Of a DNA stretch of 59,127 nucleotides, positions 21,760 through 30,956 are shown piece after piece. Each line of letters opens with the position of its first letter. Position 1 is the stretch's first letter. The DNA is from an uncultured Enterobacteriaceae bacterium (GTDB lineage: Bacteria; Pseudomonadota; Gammaproteobacteria; Ga0077536): the NCBI GenBank assembly GCA_964523765.1, contig CAZFZX010000007.1, positions 1 through 59,127 on the forward strand, written 5' to 3'. Made by a program: the position numbers and the translations under genes. Under the pieces are notes generated by a model that made no database searches, was not told the DNA's origin, and saw nothing but the letters and a program-made list of their open reading frames with translations.

Positions 21760-22995
21760 TCAGATCCGTTTGAATACCAACGTTCCGTTCGTGCCGCCGA
21801 AACCAAACGAATTCGTCAACGCGACGTCTATCTTCATGTCACGCGCGTTCAGCGGCACGTAATCCAGATCGCACTCCGGATCCGGTTTCGTGAGATTGAT
21901 GGTGGGCGGCGCTACTTGATCGCGAATCGACAGGACCGTGAACACGGCCTCCGCGCCGCCTGCGGCTCCCAGCATATGGCCGACCATCGACTTCGTCGAA
22001 CTCATTGCTAGATTGTAGGCGTGGTCGCCAAAATACCGCTTCACCGCGTCGGATTCCGCCTTATCACCGGCCGGCGTGGAGGTGCCGTGGGCATTGACGT
22101 ACTGCACATCTTCTTTGTTGATGCCCGCGTCGGCGATCGCCATTTCCATACAGTAGGCGGCCCCTTCTCCGTCCTCCGAGGGCGCCGTGATGTGGAATGC
22201 GTCGCTGGTCATCCCGGACCCAGAGAGTTCGGCGTATATACGAGCGCCGCGGCGTTTGGCGTGCTCCATTTCTTCGATGACGAGGATCCCGGCGCCATCG
22301 CTCAAAACGAAACCGTCACGGTCGAGATCCCATGGCCGGCTTGCCGCCTCAGGGTCGTCGTTGCGGGTAGACAGCGCTTTCGCCGACGCAAAGCCACCCA
22401 GTCCCGTATAGCTGGTAGCGAATTCGGAACCGCCCGCGATCATGACATCAACGTCGCCCCTCTCGATCATACGTGCCGCATTAGCGATGCAATGGGCGCC
22501 CGTCGAACAAGCTGTCACGATCGCGTAATTCGGTCCTTTGAAGCCATAACGAATAGATAGGTTGCCGGCGACCATGTTGATGATGTTGCCGGGTACGAAA
22601 AACGGCGACACTTTCCGAGGCCCGCCGTCGAGATACGACTGGTAAGCCTTTTCTATGCCCGGCAGTCCCCCAATCCCGGAGCCAATACAGGCACCTACGC
22701 GCCGCGCGTTTTCTTCAGTGACCTCAAGGCCGGCGTCGTCCACGGCCTGAACCGAAGCGGCGATCCCGTAATGAATAAACGGGTCCATACGCCGCGCTTC
22801 TTTCTTAGAAACGTATTGCTCGACATCGAAGTCCTTGATGTTGCCGCCGATACGCGCACTGAAACCCGACACGTCTATACAGGTGATCGGGGCGATGCCA
22901 CTAACGCCTGCGACGATATTGCGCCAGGATTGTTCCGTTGTATTGCCGACTGGGCATACCAAACCCAACCCGGTAACTGCGATACGGCGTGACAC
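21760..22995 (-). CDS. fabF: 3-oxoacyl-ACP synthase II
   Basis: RRIAVTGLG, TACSTGAH, NAHGTST, SSTKSMVGH, NSFGFGGTN; GTG start at 22995 preferred (23016 possible). Confidence 0.97.
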   Translation of the reverse strand: MSRRIAVTGLGLVCPVGNTTEQSWRNIVAGVSGIAPITCIDVSGFSARIGGNIKDFDVEQYVSKKEARRMDPFIHYGIAASVQAVDDAGLEVTEENARRVGACIGSGIGGLPGIEKAYQSYLDGGPRKVSPFFVPGNIINMVAGNLSIRYGFKGPNYAIVTACSTGAHCIANAARMIERGDVDVMIAGGSEFATSYTGLGGFASAKALSTRNDDPEAASRPWDLDRDGFVLSDGAGILVIEEMEHAKRRGARIYAELSGSGMTSDAFHITAPSEDGEGAAYCMEMAIADAGINKEDVQYVNAHGTSTPAGDKAESDAVKRYFGDHAYNLAMSSTKSMVGHMLGAAGGAEAVFTVLSIRDQVAPPTINLTKPDPECDLDYVPLNARDMKIDVALTNSFGFGGTNGTLVFKRI

Positions 22996-23032
22996 AATTG
23001 CTTTCCTCGAGATCACTGCTCCACAAATATGA

Positions 23033-23063
23033 AAGGCCGCGTTCTGTTTGGAATCGCGGCCTT
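23033..23063 (-). terminator. hairpin (terminator or stabiliser) after acpP
   Basis: AAGGCCGCG...CGCGGCCTT 9-bp stem followed by a short U-run on the minus strand. Confidence 0.55.
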
Positions 23064-23086
23064 ACCTAACCGAGCTAGCGTATGTG

Positions 23087-23323
23087 TTAATCCAGGTTTG
23101 CTGTTATGTACTCGATTGCTTGTTGAACTGTGGTGATTTCCTCGGCCTCTTCATCGGGTATTTCGGTTTTAAATTCTTCTTCCAGCGCCATCACAAGTTC
23201 GACGGTATCGAGCGAATCGGCACCAAGGTCATCGACAAACGACGCCTCATCGGTAACCTCATCTTCTTTGACGCCTAATTGCTCTACGACGATCTTTTTT
23301 ACACGTTCTTGAACGCTACTCAT
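23087..23323 (-). CDS. acpP: acyl carrier protein
   Basis: [38 protein letters not shown]; GGAGGA RBS. Confidence 0.98.
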   Translation of the reverse strand: MSSVQERVKKIVVEQLGVKEDEVTDEASFVDDLGADSLDTVELVMALEEEFKTEIPDEEAEEITTVQQAIEYITANLD

Positions 23324-23513
23324 TGCTTGACCTTCCTCCCAAGTCAACTGCAGCCTAGGCTGCGGCCGGTGATAGTTTAGTGGAAACCAAATATCTTGCA
23401 AGCAACGACCTCAGGTGCCGCAAAATATACGTTAAAAACAACTAGTTATGGAGTCATCAGGGCGAAATCTATCCGTTATCAAAGAACTTGGCGCACTTGG
23501 CTCGAACGGCACC

Positions 23514-24254
23514 CTAGGCCATGTACATTCCGCCGTTTATGTGCAGCGTCTCACCGGTGATATAAGCGGCCGATTCGGACGCGAGAAAGACTACCGCGGC
23601 TGCGATTTCTTCCGGTGCGCCGAGACGCGCGGTCGGCACTTGCGCCAATATTTGATCGCGCTGTTCAGCGGTCAGATTCTTCGTCATGTCAGTGTCGATG
23701 AAGCCGGGCGCGACCGCGTTGACCGTGATGTTCCGGTTCGCGACTTCGCCGGCCAGAGACTTTGTAAACCCGATCATACCGGCTTTAGCCGCCGCATAAT
23801 TCGCTTGGCCCGGATTCCCGCTGGCACCGACTACTGAGCCAATGTTGATGATGCGCCCGCTGCGCGCTTTGATCATGGCACGGATCAGACGTTTGGAGAG
23901 CTTGAACACCGCCGTCAGGTTCGCGGCAATAACCTCACCCCACTCATCGTCTTTCATGCGCAGCAACAAATTGTCGCGCGTAATGCCCGCATTATTGACC
24001 AGCACGTGGGGCTTCAAACCACGCTCGTCCAGTTCCGCGATGAACTGCTCTATCGAAGCATCGCTGGTGACGTTCAACACAAGGGCTATCGCGCTCGGGT
24101 CGCGGGCGCCGAGCGCAGCACGGATGTTCTCGACCCCCACTTCACCGGTTGCAGTACCCACGACCGTGTAGCCGGCATCGGCAAGCGCTATGGCGGTCGC
24201 CTTTCCGATACCTCTGCTCGCTCCGGTTACCACCGCGCATTTGCGGTCACTCAT
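23514..24254 (-). CDS. fabG: 3-oxoacyl-ACP reductase
   Basis: TGASRGIG, NNAGITRDNL, NYAAAKAG, GETLHINGGMYM. Confidence 0.97.
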   Translation of the reverse strand: MSDRKCAVVTGASRGIGKATAIALADAGYTVVGTATGEVGVENIRAALGARDPSAIALVLNVTSDASIEQFIAELDERGLKPHVLVNNAGITRDNLLLRMKDDEWGEVIAANLTAVFKLSKRLIRAMIKARSGRIINIGSVVGASGNPGQANYAAAKAGMIGFTKSLAGEVANRNITVNAVAPGFIDTDMTKNLTAEQRDQILAQVPTARLGAPEEIAAAVVFLASESAAYITGETLHINGGMYMA

Positions 24255-25216
24255 GTGTTGCTCCCCCGTGATCCGGTCGCGCCCACGTTGGCGACGACGT
24301 CCTCAATGCTCGCTCGGTCGCTAAGCGCGTAGGTCTTTATCATTTTGGTCGTTCTCCTAACGAGCGCCGATAGTACTTTTCCCGGCCCACATTCGACGGC
24401 ATTGCCGACGCCATTTGCTGCGAAATATTCCACCGTATCGCGCCACCGTACGGGCCATGCCATCTGGCCGATCAACGCTTCGCGGATACCGGCGACGTCG
24501 TCTCTCGGCCGCGCATCGAGGTTGTGGACGATGGGAATCTCGGGTACCCGTATTTCGATACCGGCGATGTGTTCGGCAAGGCGCTCTGCTGCCGGCGCCA
24601 TGAGCGCACAATGCACCGGGGCGCTTACCGCTAGCGGGATAACCTTCTTCGCGCCCGCATCTTTGGCCAGGGTCGACGCTCGCCCCACGGCTTCGCGGTC
24701 GCCGGTGACCACGATTTGACCCGGCGCATTCAGATTCGCGCATTGGACCACCTGGCCTTGCGCCGCACGCGTGCACAGTTCGCTCAGCACGTCTTCTTCC
24801 AGACCGAGAATCGCCGACACGGCGCTCCTTTCCGCCGGTACCGCTTCCTGCATGAAGCGGCCGCGCTCGGCGGCTAAAAACACCGCGTCGTCAAACCGGA
24901 TCGCATTGGCACACACCAGCGCCGAATATTCCCCAAAGCTGTGGCCCGCCATGAAGTCGGGTCGCGGGCCTCCACCTGCGAGCCAGGCGTCCCAGGTGGC
25001 GACGCTCGCGACCAGCATCGCGGGTTGAGTCGTCTCTGTCTGGTTTAGCTTAGCTTCCGGACCCGAAGACATCACCGCGCCGATGTCGTAGCCGAGGATT
25101 TCGGTTGCCTGGTCGAAACGTCGCACAACTTCTGGGAAATCCTGGCGCAGGACATCGCACATGCCGATCGATTGCGAACCTTGTCCTGGGAAGACGAACG
25201 CCGTTTTTATGGACAT
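24251..25216 (-). CDS. fabD: malonyl-CoA:ACP transacylase
   Basis: FPGQGSQ, TQPAM, GHSFGEYSAL, ECGPGKVL. Confidence 0.97.
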   Translation of the reverse strand: MSIKTAFVFPGQGSQSIGMCDVLRQDFPEVVRRFDQATEILGYDIGAVMSSGPEAKLNQTETTQPAMLVASVATWDAWLAGGGPRPDFMAGHSFGEYSALVCANAIRFDDAVFLAAERGRFMQEAVPAERSAVSAILGLEEDVLSELCTRAAQGQVVQCANLNAPGQIVVTGDREAVGRASTLAKDAGAKKVIPLAVSAPVHCALMAPAAERLAEHIAGIEIRVPEIPIVHNLDARPRDDVAGIREALIGQMAWPVRWRDTVEYFAANGVGNAVECGPGKVLSALVRRTTKMIKTYALSDRASIEDVVANVGATGSRGSNT

Positions 25217-25228
25217 TGCTGCTTTCGC

Positions 25229-26242
25229 CTATGGATCGACAAGTAGTTTCTCGATATGCGCGCTAATTCGATCGGGAACGTTCTTCTCGACTTCCATCAC
25301 GGCGACGTCGATCGCATTTGCCAACGACGGGATATCCGCACTGCCGTGACTCTTGACCACGATCCCCTTCAGTCCAAGCAAACTGGCGCCGTTGTATCGG
25401 CCCGGGTCGGCGCGGTTTCGCATAGCCGCCAGCGCGGGTTTCGCCATCAAGGCGCCGAGTTTCGTAATGATGTTGCGGCTGAGTTCTTCTCGAGCAAACT
25501 GCGTTAGCATCCGCGCGACGCCTTCGCTGGCTTTTAAGGCGACGTTGCCCACGAATCCGTCGCATACTACGACATCGACTTTGCCTTTGAAGATGTCGTC
25601 GCCTTCGACGAAGCCGAAGTAATTCAAGTCGCTTGCTTCGAGCAGCGCCGCGGTCTGTTTCACGCGGTCGTTGCCCTTGATTTCTTCCTCCCCGATGTTG
25701 AGCAGCGCTACGGTTGGGTTAGGTTTGTCACCGACCGCACTTGCCAGCACCGATCCCATGACGGCGAAGCGAAATAATTCTTCTGAGCTGGAATCTACGT
25801 TGGCGCCGAGATCGAGGACATGTGTCGCGCCGCTAATCGCTGGTATGGCCCCGCAAATGGCCGGTCGATCGATACCTGGCAGGGTTTTCAACACGAAACG
25901 CGCTATCGCCATCAGCGCCCCGGTGTTCCCGGCGCTGATCGCTGCCTCGGCTCGGCCTTCTTTTACCAGGTCGATGGCGAATCGCATCGACGATTCACGA
26001 CGATTGCGTAATGCGACTGAGGGCTTGTCGTGCATTTCAACGCGCTCGGGAGCATGGACGACGTTGAGGCGGGCTCGCGTTTCGCCGTCGAGGTCGTCTA
26101 ATTGGTCGGTGATTTCGGTCTCGTCGCCGACCAGGTGCAGGGACAGGCCGGCGTGGTTCACCAAGGCCCGCGCAGCCGCTGGAATCGTTACCTTCGGGCC
26201 GAAATCGCCCCCCATGGCGTCCAGCGCGATACAAAGATCCAT
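25229..26242 (-). CDS. plsX: phosphate acyltransferase PlsX
   Basis: ALDAMGGDFGP, SAGNTGALM, DLGANVD, CDGFVGNVALK, KSHGSAD. Confidence 0.97.
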   Translation of the reverse strand: MDLCIALDAMGGDFGPKVTIPAAARALVNHAGLSLHLVGDETEITDQLDDLDGETRARLNVVHAPERVEMHDKPSVALRNRRESSMRFAIDLVKEGRAEAAISAGNTGALMAIARFVLKTLPGIDRPAICGAIPAISGATHVLDLGANVDSSSEELFRFAVMGSVLASAVGDKPNPTVALLNIGEEEIKGNDRVKQTAALLEASDLNYFGFVEGDDIFKGKVDVVVCDGFVGNVALKASEGVARMLTQFAREELSRNIITKLGALMAKPALAAMRNRADPGRYNGASLLGLKGIVVKSHGSADIPSLANAIDVAVMEVEKNVPDRISAHIEKLLVDP

Positions 26243-26303
26243 TGCGGGAACGTTCCCCGTCTGGCTTTATCGTCGAAACCGGCGTGGGATCGGTAGACGG
26301 CGG

Positions 26304-26480
26304 CTAATCGCTGTCCGCAACGACTTGTTTGCCGCGATAATAACCGTCCGGGCTGACGTGGTGCCGGCGGTGAGTTTCGCCGGTCGTCGGGTCTTCCGAC
26401 AATGCCGTCGCCTTTAACCGGTCGTGCGACCGTCTGTTACCGCGGGTAGACGGGGTGGACTTGTTCTGTTGTACGGCCAT
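26304..26480 (-). CDS. rpmF: 50S ribosomal protein L32 (58 aa, absent from the supplied ORF track)
   Basis: Manual translation [58 protein letters not shown]; AGGAG RBS; yceD-rpmF-plsX synteny. Confidence 0.96.
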   Translation of the reverse strand: MAVQQNKSTPSTRGNRRSHDRLKATALSEDPTTGETHRRHHVSPDGYYRGKQVVADSD

Positions 26481-26523
26481 TAATCTATCTCCTGATAGCT
26501 AAAAATCCGGTTCTCAACCCGGC

Positions 26524-27051
26524 TCAATTATCCGATTTGCTTTTTTCGCGCTCTGTCAGCATGTCTGCCAGATCGGCAAACGGCTTTTTGCGGACCGCGC
26601 TTCCTACCCCGTCATCGCTCGGAGAGGCGTGACATTTCGGGTCGTCGTGCATCGGAATCATCGGGCACGCGAGTACGACTTCGCCTTCTACAAACCGTTC
26701 GATGTCGAATCGCCCATCTTCGCAAGTAACGGGTTCCGGCGTGTCTCCATCGTCCGCGATCGGCGGCTCGCCATCGCCCACTAATACGATATCGACCAGC
26801 TGCTCGACGGTTACGATCATTTTACCCAGGCAACGCTGGCACGTGGCGTCAATTTCAGTCTCCACGCGTCCCGTAATATGCGGTCGCCCCCGCTCTTCGC
26901 GGCTGATTTCCAATGCCACTATAACCGGGCGACTCGGAATGTATGGCGGACCCACCCGCCGCAATCGCCTCGGCGAGATCGTGCCGTTGATGTTTCCGCC
27001 CTGCGCCAACAGGCGCCGCGGATCGACAAATTTGGGCAACTCCTCGGGCAT
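26524..27051 (-). CDS. yceD: YceD/DUF177 family protein
   Basis: CQRCL motif, E.EVVLACPMIPMH, KPFADL; upstream of rpmF. Confidence 0.9.
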   Translation of the reverse strand: MPEELPKFVDPRRLLAQGGNINGTISPRRLRRVGPPYIPSRPVIVALEISREERGRPHITGRVETEIDATCQRCLGKMIVTVEQLVDIVLVGDGEPPIADDGDTPEPVTCEDGRFDIERFVEGEVVLACPMIPMHDDPKCHASPSDDGVGSAVRKKPFADLADMLTEREKSKSDN

Positions 27052-27272
27052 CGGCGGCGGTATTATAGGTTGCCTCGCCCACGCGGTAAAATTTCCTTTA
27101 CGGGACCCCTGATTCAGGCGGAGCGTCGGCCGGCAGCGGTTGCCGTTGCCAAAATCAATGGCGTTATCTATTGATTTTGCGAAGAAAATGCAAACCGCCT
27201 TGTTGTCTTCCTTGCGCCGAGAAGGCTACGATGGCTTTATCCATCGCGTCTGCAGACCTAGGAATACCCGCA

Positions 27273-27893
27273 ATGCGACCGTCGAACGCCCGAAGGCGTA
27301 CCATTCCCGACCCGCACGGTCTGGTCCTTGCATCGTCCTCCCCCTATCGGCGCGAACTGCTGCAGCGTCTTGGCTTGCCGTTCGTTTGGCAGGCACCCGA
27401 TGTTGACGAAAAGCCGCGGCCCGACGAATCCGCTGACCGACTCGTATCGCGGCTGGCGGAGGCGAAAGCTCGATCGCTGGCCGCAGAATTCCCGTCCCAT
27501 TTGATCGTCGGCGGCGATCAACTCGGTGTCCTCCAGGGGGCGATCCTCGGCAAACCGCACACGGCTCGCGGTGCGGTTAGCCAGTTGGAAGCAGCCAACG
27601 GCCGGGCCGTGACGTTTCTCACCGGCGTTTGCGTCCTCGATTCTCAGACAAAGGAAAGCTTCACCGAAGTCGTCTCCTGTCGCGCCGTGTTTCGGCGGCT
27701 GACCGCCGAGCAGATCGCCGTATATGTCGATACCGAGCAGCCACTCGATTGTGCGGGTAGCTTCAAAGCCGAGGGCCTCGGTATCGCACTCTTCGAGCGG
27801 ATCGAAATGACCGATCCCACCGTCCTGACGGGCCTGCCCCTGATCACGCTCGTCAACCTGCTGCAACGCCACGGTCTGGACGTGTTTGCTTAG
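27273..27893 (+). CDS. yceF: Maf family nucleoside triphosphate pyrophosphatase (YceF type)
   Basis: LVLASSSPYRRELL, RLAEAKA, GKPH, PLDCAGSFKAEGLGI, GLPLI. Start uncertain. Confidence 0.9.
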   Translation: MRPSNARRRTIPDPHGLVLASSSPYRRELLQRLGLPFVWQAPDVDEKPRPDESADRLVSRLAEAKARSLAAEFPSHLIVGGDQLGVLQGAILGKPHTARGAVSQLEAANGRAVTFLTGVCVLDSQTKESFTEVVSCRAVFRRLTAEQIAVYVDTEQPLDCAGSFKAEGLGIALFERIEMTDPTVLTGLPLITLVNLLQRHGLDVFA

Positions 27894-28816
27894 CGGAGCG
27901 TCAGGGACCCGCCGATGACGGCCTCCGAAATGGCGGCCCCGACCCGCCGGGCGAAAAGATCGAGCACATTTTGACGGGGCGTGAAGTCGACAATGTCCTC
28001 TGCGCCGATAATTTCGCGGGCGACGTAACTGGCGGACCCGAGGGCGTCGACCAAGCCGATTTCCAGGCCTTGTTCGCCGGTCCAAACATACCCCGAGAAT
28101 AGTTCCGGGGACTCGACCAGGCGATCGCGCCGTCCCTTCAACACCGTGTTGATGAATTGTTCATGGATGTCGTCGAGCAGTCCGCTGACATGTTGGACGT
28201 CGTCCTGTTTGAGCGGCAGAAACGGATCGAGGAATCCCTTGTTTTCGCCGGCGGTCAGGAGCCGGCGTTCGACGCCGAGTTTCTCCAGTGACCTGACGAA
28301 GCCGAAACCGTCCATGCGCACGCCGATCGATCCGACCAGGCTCGATTTGTCGGCATAGATTTCGTCGGCGGCGACCGCAACATAGTATCCGCCGGAGGCG
28401 CAGATATCCTGAATGACCGCATAAACGGGGATATCCGGATGCTCAGCCTTCAACCGATAGATCTCGTCATTAATGTAGCCCGATTGCACGGGACTGCCGC
28501 CTGGGCTGTTGATTCGAACGATCACGCCAGCGGTACTGGCGTCTTCGAAGGCTGCCCGAAGACCAGTAACGATGTTGTCCGCACTGGCCGGGGAGTCGCT
28601 CGCGATGACCCCCCGTACGTCGATGAGTGCCGTTATCTCGTCGCCGGAAAACAGCGATCGCGGTACGATGTTCGGCATGGAAAGCAGCAGGATCGCGAGA
28701 AGGTAAACTAAGAACGCCGCTTTGAAAACGGTGTTCCAGCGTCGCGCCAACCGCTGTTCGCGCAAAGCCTCATGGGCGAACGCGACGGCGACTCTGTCGT
28801 CATTATCCGTTGTCAT
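27890..28816 (-). CDS. sppA: S49 family signal peptide peptidase (SppA-like)
   Basis: RINSPGGSPVQS, CASGGYYVA, VGSIGV, FSGYVWTG. Confidence 0.9.
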   Translation of the reverse strand: MTTDNDDRVAVAFAHEALREQRLARRWNTVFKAAFLVYLLAILLLSMPNIVPRSLFSGDEITALIDVRGVIASDSPASADNIVTGLRAAFEDASTAGVIVRINSPGGSPVQSGYINDEIYRLKAEHPDIPVYAVIQDICASGGYYVAVAADEIYADKSSLVGSIGVRMDGFGFVRSLEKLGVERRLLTAGENKGFLDPFLPLKQDDVQHVSGLLDDIHEQFINTVLKGRRDRLVESPELFSGYVWTGEQGLEIGLVDALGSASYVAREIIGAEDIVDFTPRQNVLDLFARRVGAAISEAVIGGSLTLR

Positions 28817-28873
28817 CGTGTGATACTCGACTTTTCTTGGTGCGCTCCGAATTATACCGCCTTCGGCGACCCT

Positions 28874-29560
28874 CTAAAGGTTCGTCAACGCACTCGGCAA
28901 CTCGCTAAAATGATTGAGTACGAACGCGGGGTCGTGAGAACGCAGGCGCTCGACTGTATGGGCCCCGTAGCTAACTCCGGCTGGCTGCATTCCAGCGGCT
29001 CGTGCCATCGCCATATCGAACTCGGTGTCGCCGATCATCAGCGCTTCGGCGGCACCTAAACCCAAGTCGTCCAAGATTGCATGCAGCATCGCCGGGGAAG
29101 GTTTCGGCTCCGTCTGATCGGCCGCGCGCGTGGTGACGAACGTATCTCCGAGTCCGGTTTCGTCGATCGCCTGGGCCAGTCCGGCCCTGCTTTTCCCTGT
29201 GGCCACCGCCAATTGGTAGCCGATAGACTTGAGGCTGACCAATGTTTCCCGAACTCCGGGGAAGAGAGCGGGCGTGGTCCGCCGGGCGGCGTAATTCCGT
29301 CGGTAATTTATCACGATTCGAGAGACGGCGTCCGCAGCCAGCGCAGGGGTAAGCCGATTGACGGCGTCGGCGAGGCTCAATCCGATAATCGCGCGGATGG
29401 CCTCGTAGGAAGGCGGTTCCTCATGTTCCTGAACATAGGCTTCGGTCATGGCCGGGACGATTGCCGCCTCCGAATCTATCAAGGTTCCATCCCAATCGAA
29501 GATGACGAGCAGCGGTCGCAAGACTACTCGCCCGCGCCCGTTTGGTTGGTTGTTCGACAT
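28874..29560 (-). CDS. HAD-IA family hydrolase (phosphoglycolate phosphatase-like)
   Basis: IFDWDGTLIDS, VATGKSR.GL, KPSPAML, MIGDTEFD. Alternative TTG start at 29521. Confidence 0.9.
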   Translation of the reverse strand: MSNNQPNGRGRVVLRPLLVIFDWDGTLIDSEAAIVPAMTEAYVQEHEEPPSYEAIRAIIGLSLADAVNRLTPALAADAVSRIVINYRRNYAARRTTPALFPGVRETLVSLKSIGYQLAVATGKSRAGLAQAIDETGLGDTFVTTRAADQTEPKPSPAMLHAILDDLGLGAAEALMIGDTEFDMAMARAAGMQPAGVSYGAHTVERLRSHDPAFVLNHFSELPSALTNL

Positions 29561-30486
29561 CGTATCGCCGACAGGAATTGGGTGAGATCCGGAGGCAGGG
29601 GCGCTGTAATCGTTATCGGCGACATTCCGGCCGCCGGACGCAGGGAAATCGACGCGGCGTGCAGAAACATGCGACGCAGACCGTATCGGTGTAAGTCTGC
29701 ATTGACGGTGTCATCCCCATACTTTCTGTCACCGGCGACCGGGTGGCCGATGGCCGCCGCGTGGACGCGAATTTGATGGGTTCGCCCGGTCGCGATTCTG
29801 GCCTCGGCGAGGCACAGCCCGGCGATAGTTTCGATCGCGGTGAATTCCGTCATCGCGTGTTTTCCGTCCTTCGCGACGACAGTCTGCTTCTCACCGCCGG
29901 TACGCATGGCGGCCAGTTTCAATTCGACCTTGGTACAGGTCTGTGGTAATTCGCCCCGAAGTAGCGTGAGGTAGTTTTTGCGACTGTCGCCATGCACGAG
30001 TTGCTGCTGGACCAGGCGCAGAGCCGGATAGTTTTTGGCAAAGACTAAACAGCCGGAGGTCTCACGGTCCAACCGATGGGTGAGTTCGATATCGGGGTCT
30101 CCTGGGCGCATTTCGCGAACGATGTCGCGCACGCCAAAACGTAAGCCGCTGCCAGCGTGTACGGCCAGGCCGGAAGGCTTGTTGAGTACCAGCAAGGCAT
30201 CGTTTTCGAAAATGACGGCCGCCGCGATGAGTTCGCGTTTCGCTGCGCCGATAACCGGCCTCGCGCCCTCGTCGTCGTTTAGCGGCGGAATGCGTACGAG
30301 GTCTGCTGCCGCGAGCCGGGTGTCCGGGCGCGACCGCGACCCGTTTACGCGCACTTCCCCACGCCTGATGATGCGATAAATAAATGATTTGGGAACGTTT
30401 TTCAGAACCGTAGAGAGGAAATTGTCGAGTCGTCGCCCACTTTGTTCGGGGCTGACCTCGACTTTTCTGGCGCCAATCCTGGGCAT
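29524..30486 (-). CDS. rluC: 23S rRNA pseudouridine synthase C
   Basis: S4 domain RRLDNFL..KNVPKS.IYRIIRRGEVRVNG, HRLDRETSG, TGRTHQIRVH; divergent from rne. Confidence 0.93.
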   Translation of the reverse strand: MPRIGARKVEVSPEQSGRRLDNFLSTVLKNVPKSFIYRIIRRGEVRVNGSRSRPDTRLAAADLVRIPPLNDDEGARPVIGAAKRELIAAAVIFENDALLVLNKPSGLAVHAGSGLRFGVRDIVREMRPGDPDIELTHRLDRETSGCLVFAKNYPALRLVQQQLVHGDSRKNYLTLLRGELPQTCTKVELKLAAMRTGGEKQTVVAKDGKHAMTEFTAIETIAGLCLAEARIATGRTHQIRVHAAAIGHPVAGDRKYGDDTVNADLHRYGLRRMFLHAASISLRPAAGMSPITITAPLPPDLTQFLSAIRCRTTNQTGAGE

Positions 30487-30513
30487 AGGTCTCGAGCACT
30501 CCTGGCGGGCTGA

Positions 30514-30542
30514 TTGCCCGGACCGGTTAACACTGCTATATT
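30514..30542 (+). promoter_or_regulatory. putative sigma70 promoter of rne, implying a leader of about 400 nt
   Basis: TTGCCC-N17-TATATT with extended TG; about 415 nt upstream of rne ATG. Confidence 0.45.
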
Positions 30543-30956
30543 CGCACGGCGCTGCCGCATAGCCTTCGCGTGAGCGATTTATGCTACGACGCCAAGCAGT
30601 TAGCGTTGAAAGCGACAATATTCTAACAAATTGTCGTGGATCGCAGACGACCCTGCAGACGCCGGATTTCGAGTCGGTGCCACGGGCACATCTTAAGACC
30701 GCCGTTCATCTGCCGCCGTCGGTTCCTGGAGAGGAACCGGGCCGCGTTGCAGCGCCGCTGGATCCAGAGACAGTCGGCTGCTTGGCTGGCGCGTACAAAC
30801 GAAGAACATAGTTTGCGCGAGGGTGAACTCGATGTGGATCGAGCCGTCGCGCTGAGACGCTCCCATCGCTCCGTCACAGGAACGAGCACCGTCTAACGAC
30901 CGAAAGTGGTGAACGGCGGCGGGTGAGTTGAGCGCTAGATGTAGGAATTTTTTACA

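Noticed and set aside
23436-23448. IHF-like site AAACAACTAGTTA upstream of acpP
   Set aside because: One mismatch to a short degenerate consensus is too weak without other evidence.
26304-26480. Cysteine-free L32 as evidence of general zinc sparing alongside LigA
   Set aside because: Zinc-free L32 is the normal gammaproteobacterial form, and other zinc sites in the window are intact.
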